Below, one piece after another: positions 47,547-57,327 of a stretch of DNA of 61,102 nucleotides (positions are counted from its first letter, which is position 1; every line of letters starts with the position of its first letter). The notes under the pieces are model-generated. The model worked only from the letters and a program-made list of their open reading frames with translations. It was not told where the DNA came from and ran no database searches. The stretch is from the IMG/VR virus record IMGVR_UViG_3300032893_000047, positions 1 to 61,102 of that record; one strand, 5' to 3'. Both the position numbers and the translations under genes were made by a program. The stretch is from a virus. Lineage: Duplodnaviria > Caudoviricetes.

Positions 47547-47957
47547 ATGAGCCTTGATATAAGCGTTGTATTATCAGCGATAGCCCCGCAGTTCGATGCA
47601 CCTTTCGATCAGAATGTCAGGGAGATTCATATTGACATGGCAAAGCCCCGGACTGCGATGCAATGGTTTGGAGCAGATAAATATCCGATCGCAGTGGCAT
47701 TAAGGGCGGCACATACGCTCGTATTAAGACAACACGAATTGTCATTTCCGGGATCAGCAGGGACAACGCAATCAATGCATGAAGGGGATCAATCTATCGC
47801 ATTCGGGAAAAAAAGTACTAAGTACGGCGATGATTATTTGAAGATGACAAAATATGGGGAGGATTTGATTTCCTTGCGGGATGGAGCGAATACAACGTTT
47901 GGCATTGTTAATAAGTATAATCCGAGTAGCGGAATACTGAATATCAATATATATTAA
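47547..47957 (+). CDS. Head-tail adaptor (DUF4054-like)
   Basis: ALRAAHTL...EGDQSIAF...TKYG. Confidence 0.75.
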   Translation: MSLDISVVLSAIAPQFDAPFDQNVREIHIDMAKPRTAMQWFGADKYPIAVALRAAHTLVLRQHELSFPGSAGTTQSMHEGDQSIAFGKKSTKYGDDYLKMTKYGEDLISLRDGANTTFGIVNKYNPSSGILNINIY

Positions 47958-47967
47958 GGAGTTAAAT

Positions 47968-48996
47968 ATGTTTTGGGATCAACAGGCATGGTTTAGGGCT
48001 GGAGTTTTCGGCGATTACAAAGGCGGAAATTATTCCATTTTCAATACAGATGGCAGTTTGCAATTTTTCGGAAGTGCGGGAATAAAATCATCGAAATACA
48101 AAGAATATTTTCTTGATCCGACGGACGGGAAAGATACAAATAAGGGGAAGACGCCGACATCGGCATTCAAGACACTTACGGCAGCAAAGGCAGTCATGGT
48201 CGACGGAGATCATTTGACACTGATCGGGCTCGCAGATGCAATCAATTTGAGTGCTAATATGGATTGGAATCTTAATGGATGCGTATTCGACGGATATTGC
48301 GCGCCGTTATTCACCGGGAAAAGAGCGAGAATACAGCAATTATCCTCGGCAACGACAATGAATCTTTTTACGGTTTCGGGATATGGCAACATATTCAGAA
48401 ACTTAAGATTTTTCCATGGAGTTGCAGATGCAACGAGTCTTGTTTGTATGACAGTAACCGGGCAAAGAAATCTATTTGTCAATTGTGAAATATCTGGTAT
48501 CGGCGATGCGGCAATGAACGTTGCTAACGCAGCAAGTCTTGTAATAGACGGCGGATCTGAAAACGCATTCATTTATTGTTATATCGGACTTGATACAATC
48601 GGCAGAGGTGCAAATCCTAACGAAATAGTTTTCAAGAATGCAGCGACAAGAAACCTTTTCGATTGTTGCCATATAGTTGCTTATTTGAACTCTGGAGCAA
48701 CTGCTTACAGTCTTGTAAAGATACTTACAGGAACTGGAATTGATAGATGGCAAAAGTTCAGAAATTGCCTTTTCCAGACCGATTCGGAAAATCAAACCGT
48801 TACAATGGCGAGTGCATTCAGCATTCCTTCGGGAATTGTGCAGGGTAAAATTATTCTTGAAGGTGCTGATACAATGTTGTTGACAGATGGATCAACCGGA
48901 TCGGGTGCATGGGATTCAAATAGCCGTGGTATTATATGGAATAATACGCCAGCGCCGGCAGCGACAGCCCTTGGAGGAATTTCTACAAAGAAATAA
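47968..48996 (+). CDS. Parallel beta-helix (pectin-lyase-like) virion protein
   Basis: YFLDPTDGKDTNKGKTPTSAFKTLTAA; repeated N.F.NC coils. Confidence 0.75.
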   Translation: MFWDQQAWFRAGVFGDYKGGNYSIFNTDGSLQFFGSAGIKSSKYKEYFLDPTDGKDTNKGKTPTSAFKTLTAAKAVMVDGDHLTLIGLADAINLSANMDWNLNGCVFDGYCAPLFTGKRARIQQLSSATTMNLFTVSGYGNIFRNLRFFHGVADATSLVCMTVTGQRNLFVNCEISGIGDAAMNVANAASLVIDGGSENAFIYCYIGLDTIGRGANPNEIVFKNAATRNLFDCCHIVAYLNSGATAYSLVKILTGTGIDRWQKFRNCLFQTDSENQTVTMASAFSIPSGIVQGKIILEGADTMLLTDGSTGSGAWDSNSRGIIWNNTPAPAATALGGISTKK

Positions 48997-49007
48997 TATT
49001 TAAATTT

Positions 49008-49030
49008 AAGGCTCTTTTTTAAGAGCCTTT
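49008..49030 (+). terminator. Intrinsic terminator
   Basis: AAGGCTCTT-TTTT-AAGAGCCTT followed by T. Confidence 0.65.
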
Positions 49031-49138
49031 TGTTGAAATATGAAATATTTACTTTTTAAGAATATAGATCGTGGTTATAAAAAAAATCAGATTTATGCCT
49101 ATGAAAATGTTTTGACAAAGAAATATAAGGGGAAGATT

Positions 49139-49501
49139 ATGGCGACAATCTCAGCGTATATGACTGGATTATATATATCAAAATATGCGACTCAAAGGGA
49201 TGGCAATTCTTTTGAATATAGAGATTCAATAACAAATGGATCGGCAAATACCGGGAATGCTGTAATTATCCCGCAAAATGCAAAAGTAGCGAAAGCAACT
49301 ATTGCACCGGCGACAGGGTCGGGTAAAATTCAAGGTTGTATTAACCTTGTTGCAGATATCATTGCCAATCCCGATGCTTGTACTTGGGTAGATTTGACGG
49401 CGACTGTTTCGGCGGTAACAAATATTGATGTTACTGGATATTCGGCAGTCAGACAGGTAAACGTTTCGGGGACAACGGCTTTTTACGTTAGGACAGCATG
49501 A
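49139..49501 (+). CDS. Putative virion protein
   Basis: AAGGGG RBS before MATISAY; beta-rich. Confidence 0.5.
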   Translation: MATISAYMTGLYISKYATQRDGNSFEYRDSITNGSANTGNAVIIPQNAKVAKATIAPATGSGKIQGCINLVADIIANPDACTWVDLTATVSAVTNIDVTGYSAVRQVNVSGTTAFYVRTA

Positions 49502-50043
49502 GCAAGGCAAAAGTTCATTCTACCGTAACAGTTCAAGATTTAGGATGGGATAAAATCCTGAAAGAGCATAAAGACCTTGACGGCTTTTCGGTAGAAGCGG
49601 GACTATATGGGCGGGGTGACAATCCACGGAGCAATATTGCAATGCGTGGATTTATCAATGAATATGGAATACGAATTGATGTCACTGATAAAATGAGAGG
49701 TTATTTGCATTCGATAGGATTGCATTTAAAAGCAGATACGGCGGTGATAACAATCCCATCAAGACCGTTCATGCGGGATGCGTTTGAAAAGAATCATACA
49801 TTGTTGATGGAAAGTATATCCAAATGGTACGGTGAGGTCATTGAAAAAAAGATAGAACTAAAAACGTTCTTTGATAGAATCGGCGTTATGATGACCGAAC
49901 AAATTAAGAATTCTATTCGTGATGGCGGATGGGTATCAAATCATCCAATAACGATAGAAATTAAAGGATCATCAAGACCTTTGATTGATAGTGGAGAAAT
50001 GCTGGAAAGCGTTAAATATCAAGTTGTCAGGACGGTAGAATAA
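49498..50043 (+). CDS. Neck/tail completion protein
   Basis: NEYG...IPSRPFMR...PLIDSGEMLESV. Confidence 0.75.
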   Translation: MSKAKVHSTVTVQDLGWDKILKEHKDLDGFSVEAGLYGRGDNPRSNIAMRGFINEYGIRIDVTDKMRGYLHSIGLHLKADTAVITIPSRPFMRDAFEKNHTLLMESISKWYGEVIEKKIELKTFFDRIGVMMTEQIKNSIRDGGWVSNHPITIEIKGSSRPLIDSGEMLESVKYQVVRTVE

Positions 50044-50393
50044 TGGCGGTAATGTTTCCAAAAGCATACAATATAAAAACAAGCCAAGCGGGAAATTATA
50101 TAAATGGCAGATGGGTTGAGGGTGCTAAGGTAAGTAATACGATAATTGGGAATGCATTTCCGATGACAAGTGATCAAGTAGCAAGACTTGATATTGGTGA
50201 TAAGAATATCGGTAAAATATCATTGATAACGGATCAGGATTTGAATATATCGAATAAAACAGACCAGACAAGAGGCGATTATATTCAATTCTCGGATGGA
50301 ATGTGGTATGAACTGATTGCGGTTAATTTGCATAAAGGCATATTACCTCATAAGACTTATATCGGAGAGTATAGAAAAAATGAAACTATATGA
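50043..50393 (+). CDS. Head closure protein
   Basis: GNYINGRWVEG; position in the neck module. Confidence 0.7.
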   Translation: MAVMFPKAYNIKTSQAGNYINGRWVEGAKVSNTIIGNAFPMTSDQVARLDIGDKNIGKISLITDQDLNISNKTDQTRGDYIQFSDGMWYELIAVNLHKGILPHKTYIGEYRKNETI

Positions 50394-51135
50394 TGATTTT
50401 TTATACCCGGTAGTTGATATGATGGTAAATCAGAGAACAAAGTTTTCTGATTATGCCGAGTTTACAAAAGATTCAGATCAAGTAATCGGAGTCGATCATA
50501 CAGATAGTCACGGTACTATCATACATACGAAGTTTATAACGGATGCAATTTTAAAAGTTGGTCAATACATAAAGTACAACAATGATGATTCAGTATATTA
50601 TGCTCAAATACAAAGTATTGATACCGAAACATCGTTGACACTGACCGCAGTATATCAGGGGAACGGAGGGACGGGAATCGGATATCAATCTGAAACGAAA
50701 ATACCTGTAATCATTGATGCGAAAAATAATCCCGTTCCCTCTATATTATATATTGTCATTAAAGAGCCGGCTATTATTGATATGTCTGAAGGGCAGGCGA
50801 TCAATGACGGATTAGCAGATGAAACAACCGGGATTCAAAGATCATGGTTATATAGAAAGGCGACCATACAGGTTGAAGAAATAAAAGGGAATGGAGACGT
50901 TCTTAAACGCATTGAAAGGAGTTTGTATACTCCCGAAGTCAAGAGATTTTGCAGGGCGTTATATTGCGCTGTTCAAAAATGTCAAGATATAAAGAACGCT
51001 TCAGAAATGCTTGGAATGTTATTTGAGTATAGAAATATCATGGACATCTCGGTTGAGTATCCGGATATTTTTGAATATAAAACCGGAGGTATTAAGGATG
51101 TATCATTTACAGGGAAATATGACGAGGAGGAATAA
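50380..51135 (+). CDS. Neck/tail terminator protein
   Basis: GGAG RBS; directly upstream of the sheath gene. Confidence 0.6.
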   Translation: MKLYDDFLYPVVDMMVNQRTKFSDYAEFTKDSDQVIGVDHTDSHGTIIHTKFITDAILKVGQYIKYNNDDSVYYAQIQSIDTETSLTLTAVYQGNGGTGIGYQSETKIPVIIDAKNNPVPSILYIVIKEPAIIDMSEGQAINDGLADETTGIQRSWLYRKATIQVEEIKGNGDVLKRIERSLYTPEVKRFCRALYCAVQKCQDIKNASEMLGMLFEYRNIMDISVEYPDIFEYKTGGIKDVSFTGKYDEEE

Positions 51136-52491
51136 ATGAGCAATTTGTCAGATAGAGTGGATATTCAGATAAGCAGGGAAACATCGACGCCGAGTGTAGC
51201 ATCATTCGGGACGCCTGCTATTATAGCGGAGTTTGCGACAAGCAAAACAAGTCCCGCATTTGATCGTACGAGAATATATTCGAGTACCGCCGAAATGATT
51301 GCCGATGGATGGTTGACTACCGATGAAGTATATAAAAGAGCACAGATTATATTTCAGCAAAATCCAAAGGTTTCTTATATCAGAATCGGCAGAAAAAATC
51401 CAGAGACCGAAGACTGGACGGCAGCACTTACAGCAATCAAAATTGATTCTGATGATTGGTTCGCTTTTGATGTTATATGCACTGAAAAAGGACTTATTAC
51501 AATTTCAGGAGATTATGTTACCGGATCAACAATTGTGGCGACTATAAACGGAACGGCGGTTCCGGGTGTATCATGGACTACAGATATGCAACACACAATG
51601 GGAGCATTAAAGACGGCAATTGAATCGGCTATAACAGGAGCGAAATGTACTGTAGGGGCAACTCCTTTCAGAACTATGACCATTGAACTTGATAGCGGGA
51701 ATATAACGTCTGCCTCATTCGTTTCAACAGGAGGAGCAACAAATCCGACATCAAGTGCGACTTATACGGTAAGTGACGATGTTCTTGAAGTTGCCGCATG
51801 GGCTGAAGAAGAAAAGAAAATATATTTCTTGACAGCGCCTGATACCGATATTCCAACATCAAGTACCGGGGATATATTCAGTCAATTGAAAGCGTTGAAT
51901 TATGATAATACGGTTCTTTGTTATCATCCAACAAGTTCGCTTTTTGGTTCTGGATGGATTGGCGAATGTATGCCTTTCAATTTTCCAACCGATTCGGCAA
52001 AGGCTCAATCATGGGATTGTAAAACCATTAAAGGCATAGCGGCATATGCCTTGACATCTTCTCAAAGAGGTTATATCGTCGGAGCGACGAATACAGATAA
52101 CGGCAAATGCGGAAATATCTATACGACTACCGCAGGAATTGATAATACAGAAAAAGGAATATGTGCTTCAGGAGAATCAATTGAGGTAATCGCCGGGATA
52201 TATTGGCTTGAGGCAAGGATCGCCGAAAATGTATTTACTGAAAAAGTTCAATCCAGAATTATACCGATGACCAATCCGGGTATACAGGTTATCGAGGGAA
52301 GAGTCAGAGAAATCCTTGAACTTGGAGTTGCAAACGGGTTGATAAAAAAGATAGTATCTTTGACCGTACCAGATGAATCTGCAATATCAGATGCGGATTT
52401 GAACGCTGGGCTATTGGAAGGCGTAGAGTTTGAAATACAACTTGCGAGAGCAATAAAAAAGACAGTAATTAAGGGTCGGGTTACGGCATAA
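51136..52491 (+). CDS. Tail sheath protein (DUF3383-type)
   Basis: V.I.ISRET...FG.P; IFQQNPK; IPMTNPGI. Confidence 0.85.
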   Translation: MSNLSDRVDIQISRETSTPSVASFGTPAIIAEFATSKTSPAFDRTRIYSSTAEMIADGWLTTDEVYKRAQIIFQQNPKVSYIRIGRKNPETEDWTAALTAIKIDSDDWFAFDVICTEKGLITISGDYVTGSTIVATINGTAVPGVSWTTDMQHTMGALKTAIESAITGAKCTVGATPFRTMTIELDSGNITSASFVSTGGATNPTSSATYTVSDDVLEVAAWAEEEKKIYFLTAPDTDIPTSSTGDIFSQLKALNYDNTVLCYHPTSSLFGSGWIGECMPFNFPTDSAKAQSWDCKTIKGIAAYALTSSQRGYIVGATNTDNGKCGNIYTTTAGIDNTEKGICASGESIEVIAGIYWLEARIAENVFTEKVQSRIIPMTNPGIQVIEGRVREILELGVANGLIKKIVSLTVPDESAISDADLNAGLLEGVEFEIQLARAIKKTVIKGRVTA

Positions 52492-52501
52492 GGAGGAATA
52501 G

Positions 52502-52936
52502 ATGAATGATCTACAAACAAGAAGTTATGATCCGAAACAGGTAATAATGACCTTTGGAGGAATAACAGTAACGGGATATATTTCTGGGACTTTTATCGAA
52601 GTTGAAAAAGAAGACGGATTCAAAGAAGACGTTGGAGCGGATGGAACTGAAAATAGAACAAATACAAATAAGACAGGTGCAAATCTGAAGGTTTCAATTC
52701 AGCAGCAATCTTTGACAAACGATCAATTTTCTGCAGTTCACGAGGCAGACATAAAGAGCAATACCGGAAAAGCACCGTTGACTATCAAAGATGGAAACGG
52801 AACGACATTGGTATACTCAAAACAAGCGTATATAAAAAATTATGCTAAAATAAATTACGGAGAAAGTGCTACCGGGAGGGAATGGAATTTCAGATTGCCG
52901 AACGTAGGTATATTAGTTGGAGGAAATCTCGTCTAA
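52502..52936 (+). CDS. Tail tube protein (DUF3277-type)
   Basis: YDPKQV..TFGG..VTGY..GTFIEV; VGADG; REW. Confidence 0.85.
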   Translation: MNDLQTRSYDPKQVIMTFGGITVTGYISGTFIEVEKEDGFKEDVGADGTENRTNTNKTGANLKVSIQQQSLTNDQFSAVHEADIKSNTGKAPLTIKDGNGTTLVYSKQAYIKNYAKINYGESATGREWNFRLPNVGILVGGNLV

Positions 52937-52958
52937 AAAAAATATATAGGAGAAATAT

Positions 52959-53471
52959 ATGGAATTGAAGACAGAAATTAAAGAAATTGACGGAGTTAAA
53001 TTTCTTATCACCCAATCACCCGGGAGAGCGGTAATAAGGCTTGATAAGAAGACAACTCAATTATTATTACCCGCAGCCAAATCAATCATGAGCGAATTCA
53101 AAAAAGTTAATAGTTATCTTGATCTTGACTTGTCAAGCATGATTGGTTCACTCGAAGAAGTTTTATCATCGATGACCGAAGATGAATACGAAGAATATGT
53201 CTTTCAAATGGTCAATGATACAAGAGCACAATTCACATCCGAAAAAAAACTCAAGGTAGTGGAATTAAGAAATGTAGAATCTTTCGATGAAGTATTCACG
53301 GGAAGATCACCATTGACGGTGTATAAATTACTCTTTGAAATTATGAAGGTTAATAGGTTTGCTTTTTTCGAGTTGGTGGGTGGGTCGGGAATCAGTCTAA
53401 CAGGTATCTTTCAAAATCTGAAGAAGAAAACAGGGAAACAACCAGACGAATCGGAAGTATCGGAGACTTAG
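52959..53471 (+). CDS. Tail assembly chaperone
   Basis: Between tube and tape measure; V.KVN.F.FF motif. Confidence 0.75.
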   Translation: MELKTEIKEIDGVKFLITQSPGRAVIRLDKKTTQLLLPAAKSIMSEFKKVNSYLDLDLSSMIGSLEEVLSSMTEDEYEEYVFQMVNDTRAQFTSEKKLKVVELRNVESFDEVFTGRSPLTVYKLLFEIMKVNRFAFFELVGGSGISLTGIFQNLKKKTGKQPDESEVSET

Positions 53472-53659
53472 ACGATGAAATGAAAGAGGAATGGTTATTT
53501 TGGCGACTGGTAGAAAAAGATTTTTCTATATTCGTCAATCAAGACCATATCAGTTACCCGGAAATGTGTAAGTTGAATGCTATAATTGACAGAAAAGAAG
53601 ATCAAGATAGTGCTTATCATGAATATATGAGAGAAAAATTGAATAAGGATATAAAATAA
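53363..53659 (+). other. Putative -1 frameshift site (T TTT TTC) and extended chaperone frame
   Basis: The -1 frame is open from the slippery heptamer to TAA at 53657-53659, abutting the tape-measure ATG. Confidence 0.6.
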
Positions 53660-55333
53660 ATGGCAGACGGAATAACAATTCGGCAATTAATAAACAAAAT
53701 TTCGTTTTCGGTAGATCACGAAGGTCTCAAAGAATCAGAAAGCAAATTCAACGAATTTAAAGAAAGTGCCAGTAAAATAGGCGAGGGAATAATGAAGTTC
53801 GCCGAGAGAGTTGTTGAGGCTGGTGCGGCTGTATTTGAATTTACCAATCTTGTCGCACATAATGCCGATGAAGTAGCGAAGACAGCCAGGGACATAGGAA
53901 TTGGCGGAGAAGCACTTCAGGAATTCCGATATGGTGCGAAATTGGCAGGTATTGAAACTCAAAATCTCGATCAAGGTCTAAAATTATTCACGAGAAATGT
54001 CGGTAAAGTAGCCGAAGGTACCGCCGGAAAAAACAATCCTTTTTCAATTCTTGGGATAAGCGTTAAGGATAATCAGGGAAAATTAAAAGATCAACAAGAA
54101 TTATTGCTTGAAGTATCAGATAAGATGAAAGGAATAACCGATCAGTCATTAAAGGCTGCGATTTCCATGCAATTATTTGGCAGGTCCGGGATTCGTATGG
54201 GGCAATGGCTTTCCCAGGGAAGAGAAGAGATTGAAAAAACAAGTCAAGAAGCAATTAATCTCGGGTATGTTTTTTCTGAAGATACTCTCAAAGCGGGCGA
54301 AGAACTAACCGAAAATATAGAAAGAATGGAAACAGTTGTTAAAGGTCTCGGGAAACGTCTCGGTGCTGCATTATTCCCGGTTGTTAACGAAGTCACTTCA
54401 GGACTACTTAATATATTCGCTCAAACTGATTTTATAAGCATAATTAAAAAACTTGCCGGGGGATTGGGGGCAATATTAAAAGGTGTTTTCAATGCACTCG
54501 TCCCGGTATTCAAATTAATTACTCCAATCATGAATATCTTAGCGGATGTTATTACAAAAGTTACATCATTTGTTGATACTGCAGCGGTGCCGATGCTTAA
54601 TAAATTTATTACCAGACTTATCCCGATTATTGAAAAAATAGGAACTATTATTGGAGAAAATATTATTCCTGCAATAATCGACATTGCAAAAATAATGATG
54701 CCTATTCTTGAAAGTCTTTTTGATTTGCTTTTTCCTATCCTGGATATGCTTATGCCTATTATAAGTATAATAATGCGTGTCCTGGGTATTGTATCAAAAA
54801 TGATTTTGACACAAATATCAATGCCATTAAGAATAATAATAACTCTACTGGCGCAAATGTTTGACAAAGTAAGTATTGTATTGGTTCCAGTATTGAATAT
54901 AATCGATGCAATATTATCAAAGATCAGCGAGATAGTAACATTTGTTTCCGAAAAAGTTCTCGGATTATTTGATCTTTTGATTAAAGGAAAATTCAAAGAA
55001 GCGTTTTTCTTTTTGATAGATTCGATCAAGCAGGCATTTTTTAACGTGCTTAACTTTTTTGTAGACGGAGCAAATGCCGTTTTGAAAGTTCTTAATACGG
55101 TATTACCGCATAAAATTGAATTGATTAAAAGATTCAATGAAGATAAAAATAAATCACTAAATCAGATAACAAATAATCAAAATACTAAATCAAATATAAT
55201 AAATATGAATAATCAATTTGATATAAGTGGGGCGACAGGATCACCGAATGATATTAAAAATGCTGTCAATGTTGCAGCGCAGAATGTCATGAACTTGCAA
55301 TTGAAAAAATTACTTATTTCGGCGGGGTATTAA
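53660..55333 (+). CDS. Tape measure protein
   Basis: Helical, with amphipathic repeats; follows the chaperone. Confidence 0.85.
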   Translation: MADGITIRQLINKISFSVDHEGLKESESKFNEFKESASKIGEGIMKFAERVVEAGAAVFEFTNLVAHNADEVAKTARDIGIGGEALQEFRYGAKLAGIETQNLDQGLKLFTRNVGKVAEGTAGKNNPFSILGISVKDNQGKLKDQQELLLEVSDKMKGITDQSLKAAISMQLFGRSGIRMGQWLSQGREEIEKTSQEAINLGYVFSEDTLKAGEELTENIERMETVVKGLGKRLGAALFPVVNEVTSGLLNIFAQTDFISIIKKLAGGLGAILKGVFNALVPVFKLITPIMNILADVITKVTSFVDTAAVPMLNKFITRLIPIIEKIGTIIGENIIPAIIDIAKIMMPILESLFDLLFPILDMLMPIISIIMRVLGIVSKMILTQISMPLRIIITLLAQMFDKVSIVLVPVLNIIDAILSKISEIVTFVSEKVLGLFDLLIKGKFKEAFFFLIDSIKQAFFNVLNFFVDGANAVLKVLNTVLPHKIELIKRFNEDKNKSLNQITNNQNTKSNIINMNNQFDISGATGSPNDIKNAVNVAAQNVMNLQLKKLLISAGY

Positions 55334-55879
55334 ATGGCTACTCAAGTACCTATTGTTTTGTTCTATCAAAGTCAAAAAACGTATTCAGTCGATACGATTA
55401 TATTTGATTTGATTTTGAAAGAAAGCCATAGTCTTGATGCGAGCATAACATCATTCAATGTTGAAGACGGATCACTTATAAGTGACCACATAAAAAATGA
55501 ATTGAGAACTGGTTCTTTGACGGGTAAAGTAACAAATTTTTCAATATATGAAGACGGATTCCCGGGAAACAAGGCTCTTGAGGCATGGGAAAAATTCAAA
55601 GAATTATGGGCTGCAAAAAAGAAAATGACTATAAATTGTATAATGGATAGTTATGATGATGTTTGTGTCGTCCATGTCGGATCAGGCAGAGAGCCAGGTC
55701 TCGGTGAAGCGCAGGAATTTGATGTCTCATTTCAACAAATGAATATCGTAAAACTTGAACAAATAAGTCTTAATACGACAATTTCTCTTGATAATACGAA
55801 TACAAATAATACGAATTTGAATAGACAATCGAATACGAATCTTGATCGAGGGAAAATAATAACAACGGGGGGTCAATGA
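55334..55879 (+). CDS. Baseplate/tube initiator protein
   Basis: ESH......T...VEDGS.ISDH. Confidence 0.75.
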   Translation: MATQVPIVLFYQSQKTYSVDTIIFDLILKESHSLDASITSFNVEDGSLISDHIKNELRTGSLTGKVTNFSIYEDGFPGNKALEAWEKFKELWAAKKKMTINCIMDSYDDVCVVHVGSGREPGLGEAQEFDVSFQQMNIVKLEQISLNTTISLDNTNTNNTNLNRQSNTNLDRGKIITTGGQ

Positions 55880-56229
55880 TAAATCTTCCTATGTTTCAAA
55901 ATGACTCGACGGATTTTCAATACTCAATTGATCTTGATAATGTTTCGGTTCAATTGAGATTCACTTATAACGTGAGAAGCGGATACTTCAGAATGAACAT
56001 AGCGACCGAGAATTATTCCTTATACGGGTTGAAAATGGTTCCTGATTATCCATTACTTGATAATCACAAAGCGTTATTCCCGGAATTGCTTGGGGATATA
56101 ATTATTACGCAGGTAAATAGACTTGATGAGCAAATTGATTGCACTTTTGATAATCTGGGTACGGATTTCAAAGTCTATTATTATAACGCTGATGAATTGG
56201 CATCATGGAAGGCAAACAATGGAATTTAA
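55876..56229 (+). CDS. Baseplate protein
   Basis: Q.SIDLD......F.YN.R; C-terminal LG.DF..YY. Confidence 0.7.
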   Translation: MINLPMFQNDSTDFQYSIDLDNVSVQLRFTYNVRSGYFRMNIATENYSLYGLKMVPDYPLLDNHKALFPELLGDIIITQVNRLDEQIDCTFDNLGTDFKVYYYNADELASWKANNGI

Positions 56230-56234
56230 AAAAA

Positions 56235-56380
56235 ATCATCGGCGGGGAGTCGAACCCCGCGGAAGCGAAAGTATAGGTCTATAGAACCACTTGAAAAACA
56301 GGATTAGTCGAATTGATAGTCGCTTTCTTGTCGCTCGCTTTCTATCTATAGTCAACATTAGACCGCTCTGTCACGATGAT
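56235..56380 (-). ncRNA. tRNA-like RNA with about 59-nt insert in the anticodon loop
   Basis: Acceptor ATCATCG/CGATGAT, D arm ACA-GAGCGGTCTAA-TGT, T arm GCGGGG-TTCGACT-CCCCGC. Confidence 0.75.
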
Positions 56381-56388
56381 TTGAATAG

Positions 56389-56417
56389 ATTATATATTTT
56401 TTTTTAAAAAAAGGCAA
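56389..56417 (-). promoter_or_regulatory. Promoter for the tRNA-like RNA
   Basis: Minus-strand TTGCCT-17-TATAAT, placing +1 near 56382. Confidence 0.7.
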
Positions 56418-56424
56418 GTAAGAA

Positions 56425-57315
56425 ATGGCATTTAATAGACAAGTTGAAGCGAAAATCATTTCAAAAGGTTCAGCGCAGACAGGCGATATTAATTATGCTA
56501 AGGCATTTGAAAAAGGATTGACTTTGACAAACATAAGCCAACTATTCATTGATTTTGAGATAGAACGAACTTTGATATTATCGTCAAATCAAGCGAATTT
56601 CACAATATATAATGCTAAGCCAGATACGCAGCAAAAGATTTTGACTCCGGGTAATAGAATAATATTCAATGCCGGGCATGAAGACGAGGGAAATATAGCA
56701 ACGATATTTTTTGGGATTATCAGTACGTCATCATCATATAAGAACGGCACAGAGTTCATAACAAAGATTCAGGCGCTTGACCTTGCAGCCGTTGCCGGAG
56801 GATTAGAATATCAATTTTTCAATTTGTCTTATAAAGAATCTACTCCATTGGTTCAAATATTCAATGATATTGCAGCACAATTAAATTTTTCAATTAATGG
56901 ATTGGCAAATATCTCAAATATTATATTGAATAAGGCATATGTATTTACCGGAAATATCGGAAGTCTTTTCAGATCATTAAGATTGATTATAAGATCGTAT
57001 GAATGCGATATGTATTATGATACGGGTTCGTTATACTTGTATAAGGTTGGCAATCAAATATCCAATTTTGGATTTGTGAAAATACCGAGCAATAATATAA
57101 TTGGCGGTGTTGAAAATGTTGAAGATGCAGGAAGACAAGATACAAGAAAAAGAATAAAATTCAATTGCATATTAAATCCAAAAATACGACCGAATACGCT
57201 CGTTGATGTATATGGCGAATATACAAAGGGGATTTATACCGTTGAAAAAGTAAAATTTGTCGGAGATAATCATGCAAGTTCAGACTTCAAATGCGAAGTA
57301 GAAGCGGTGGGATAA
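56425..57315 (+). CDS. Baseplate hub protein
   Basis: IDFEIER...NQANFTIYN...AGH...IFFG; LNPKIRP. Confidence 0.8.
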   Translation: MAFNRQVEAKIISKGSAQTGDINYAKAFEKGLTLTNISQLFIDFEIERTLILSSNQANFTIYNAKPDTQQKILTPGNRIIFNAGHEDEGNIATIFFGIISTSSSYKNGTEFITKIQALDLAAVAGGLEYQFFNLSYKESTPLVQIFNDIAAQLNFSINGLANISNIILNKAYVFTGNIGSLFRSLRLIIRSYECDMYYDTGSLYLYKVGNQISNFGFVKIPSNNIIGGVENVEDAGRQDTRKRIKFNCILNPKIRPNTLVDVYGEYTKGIYTVEKVKFVGDNHASSDFKCEVEAVG

Positions 57316-57327
57316 CGGAGAACTAAA

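Noticed and set aside
54421-55137. 238-aa antisense ORF in the tape measure gene
   Set aside because: Shadow of a repetitive hydrophobic sense protein, with no motifs or expression signals, unlike the intein antisense ORF
56235-56380. tmRNA or group I intron-containing tRNA
   Set aside because: Too short, has a D stem, and shows no tag ORF or intron core
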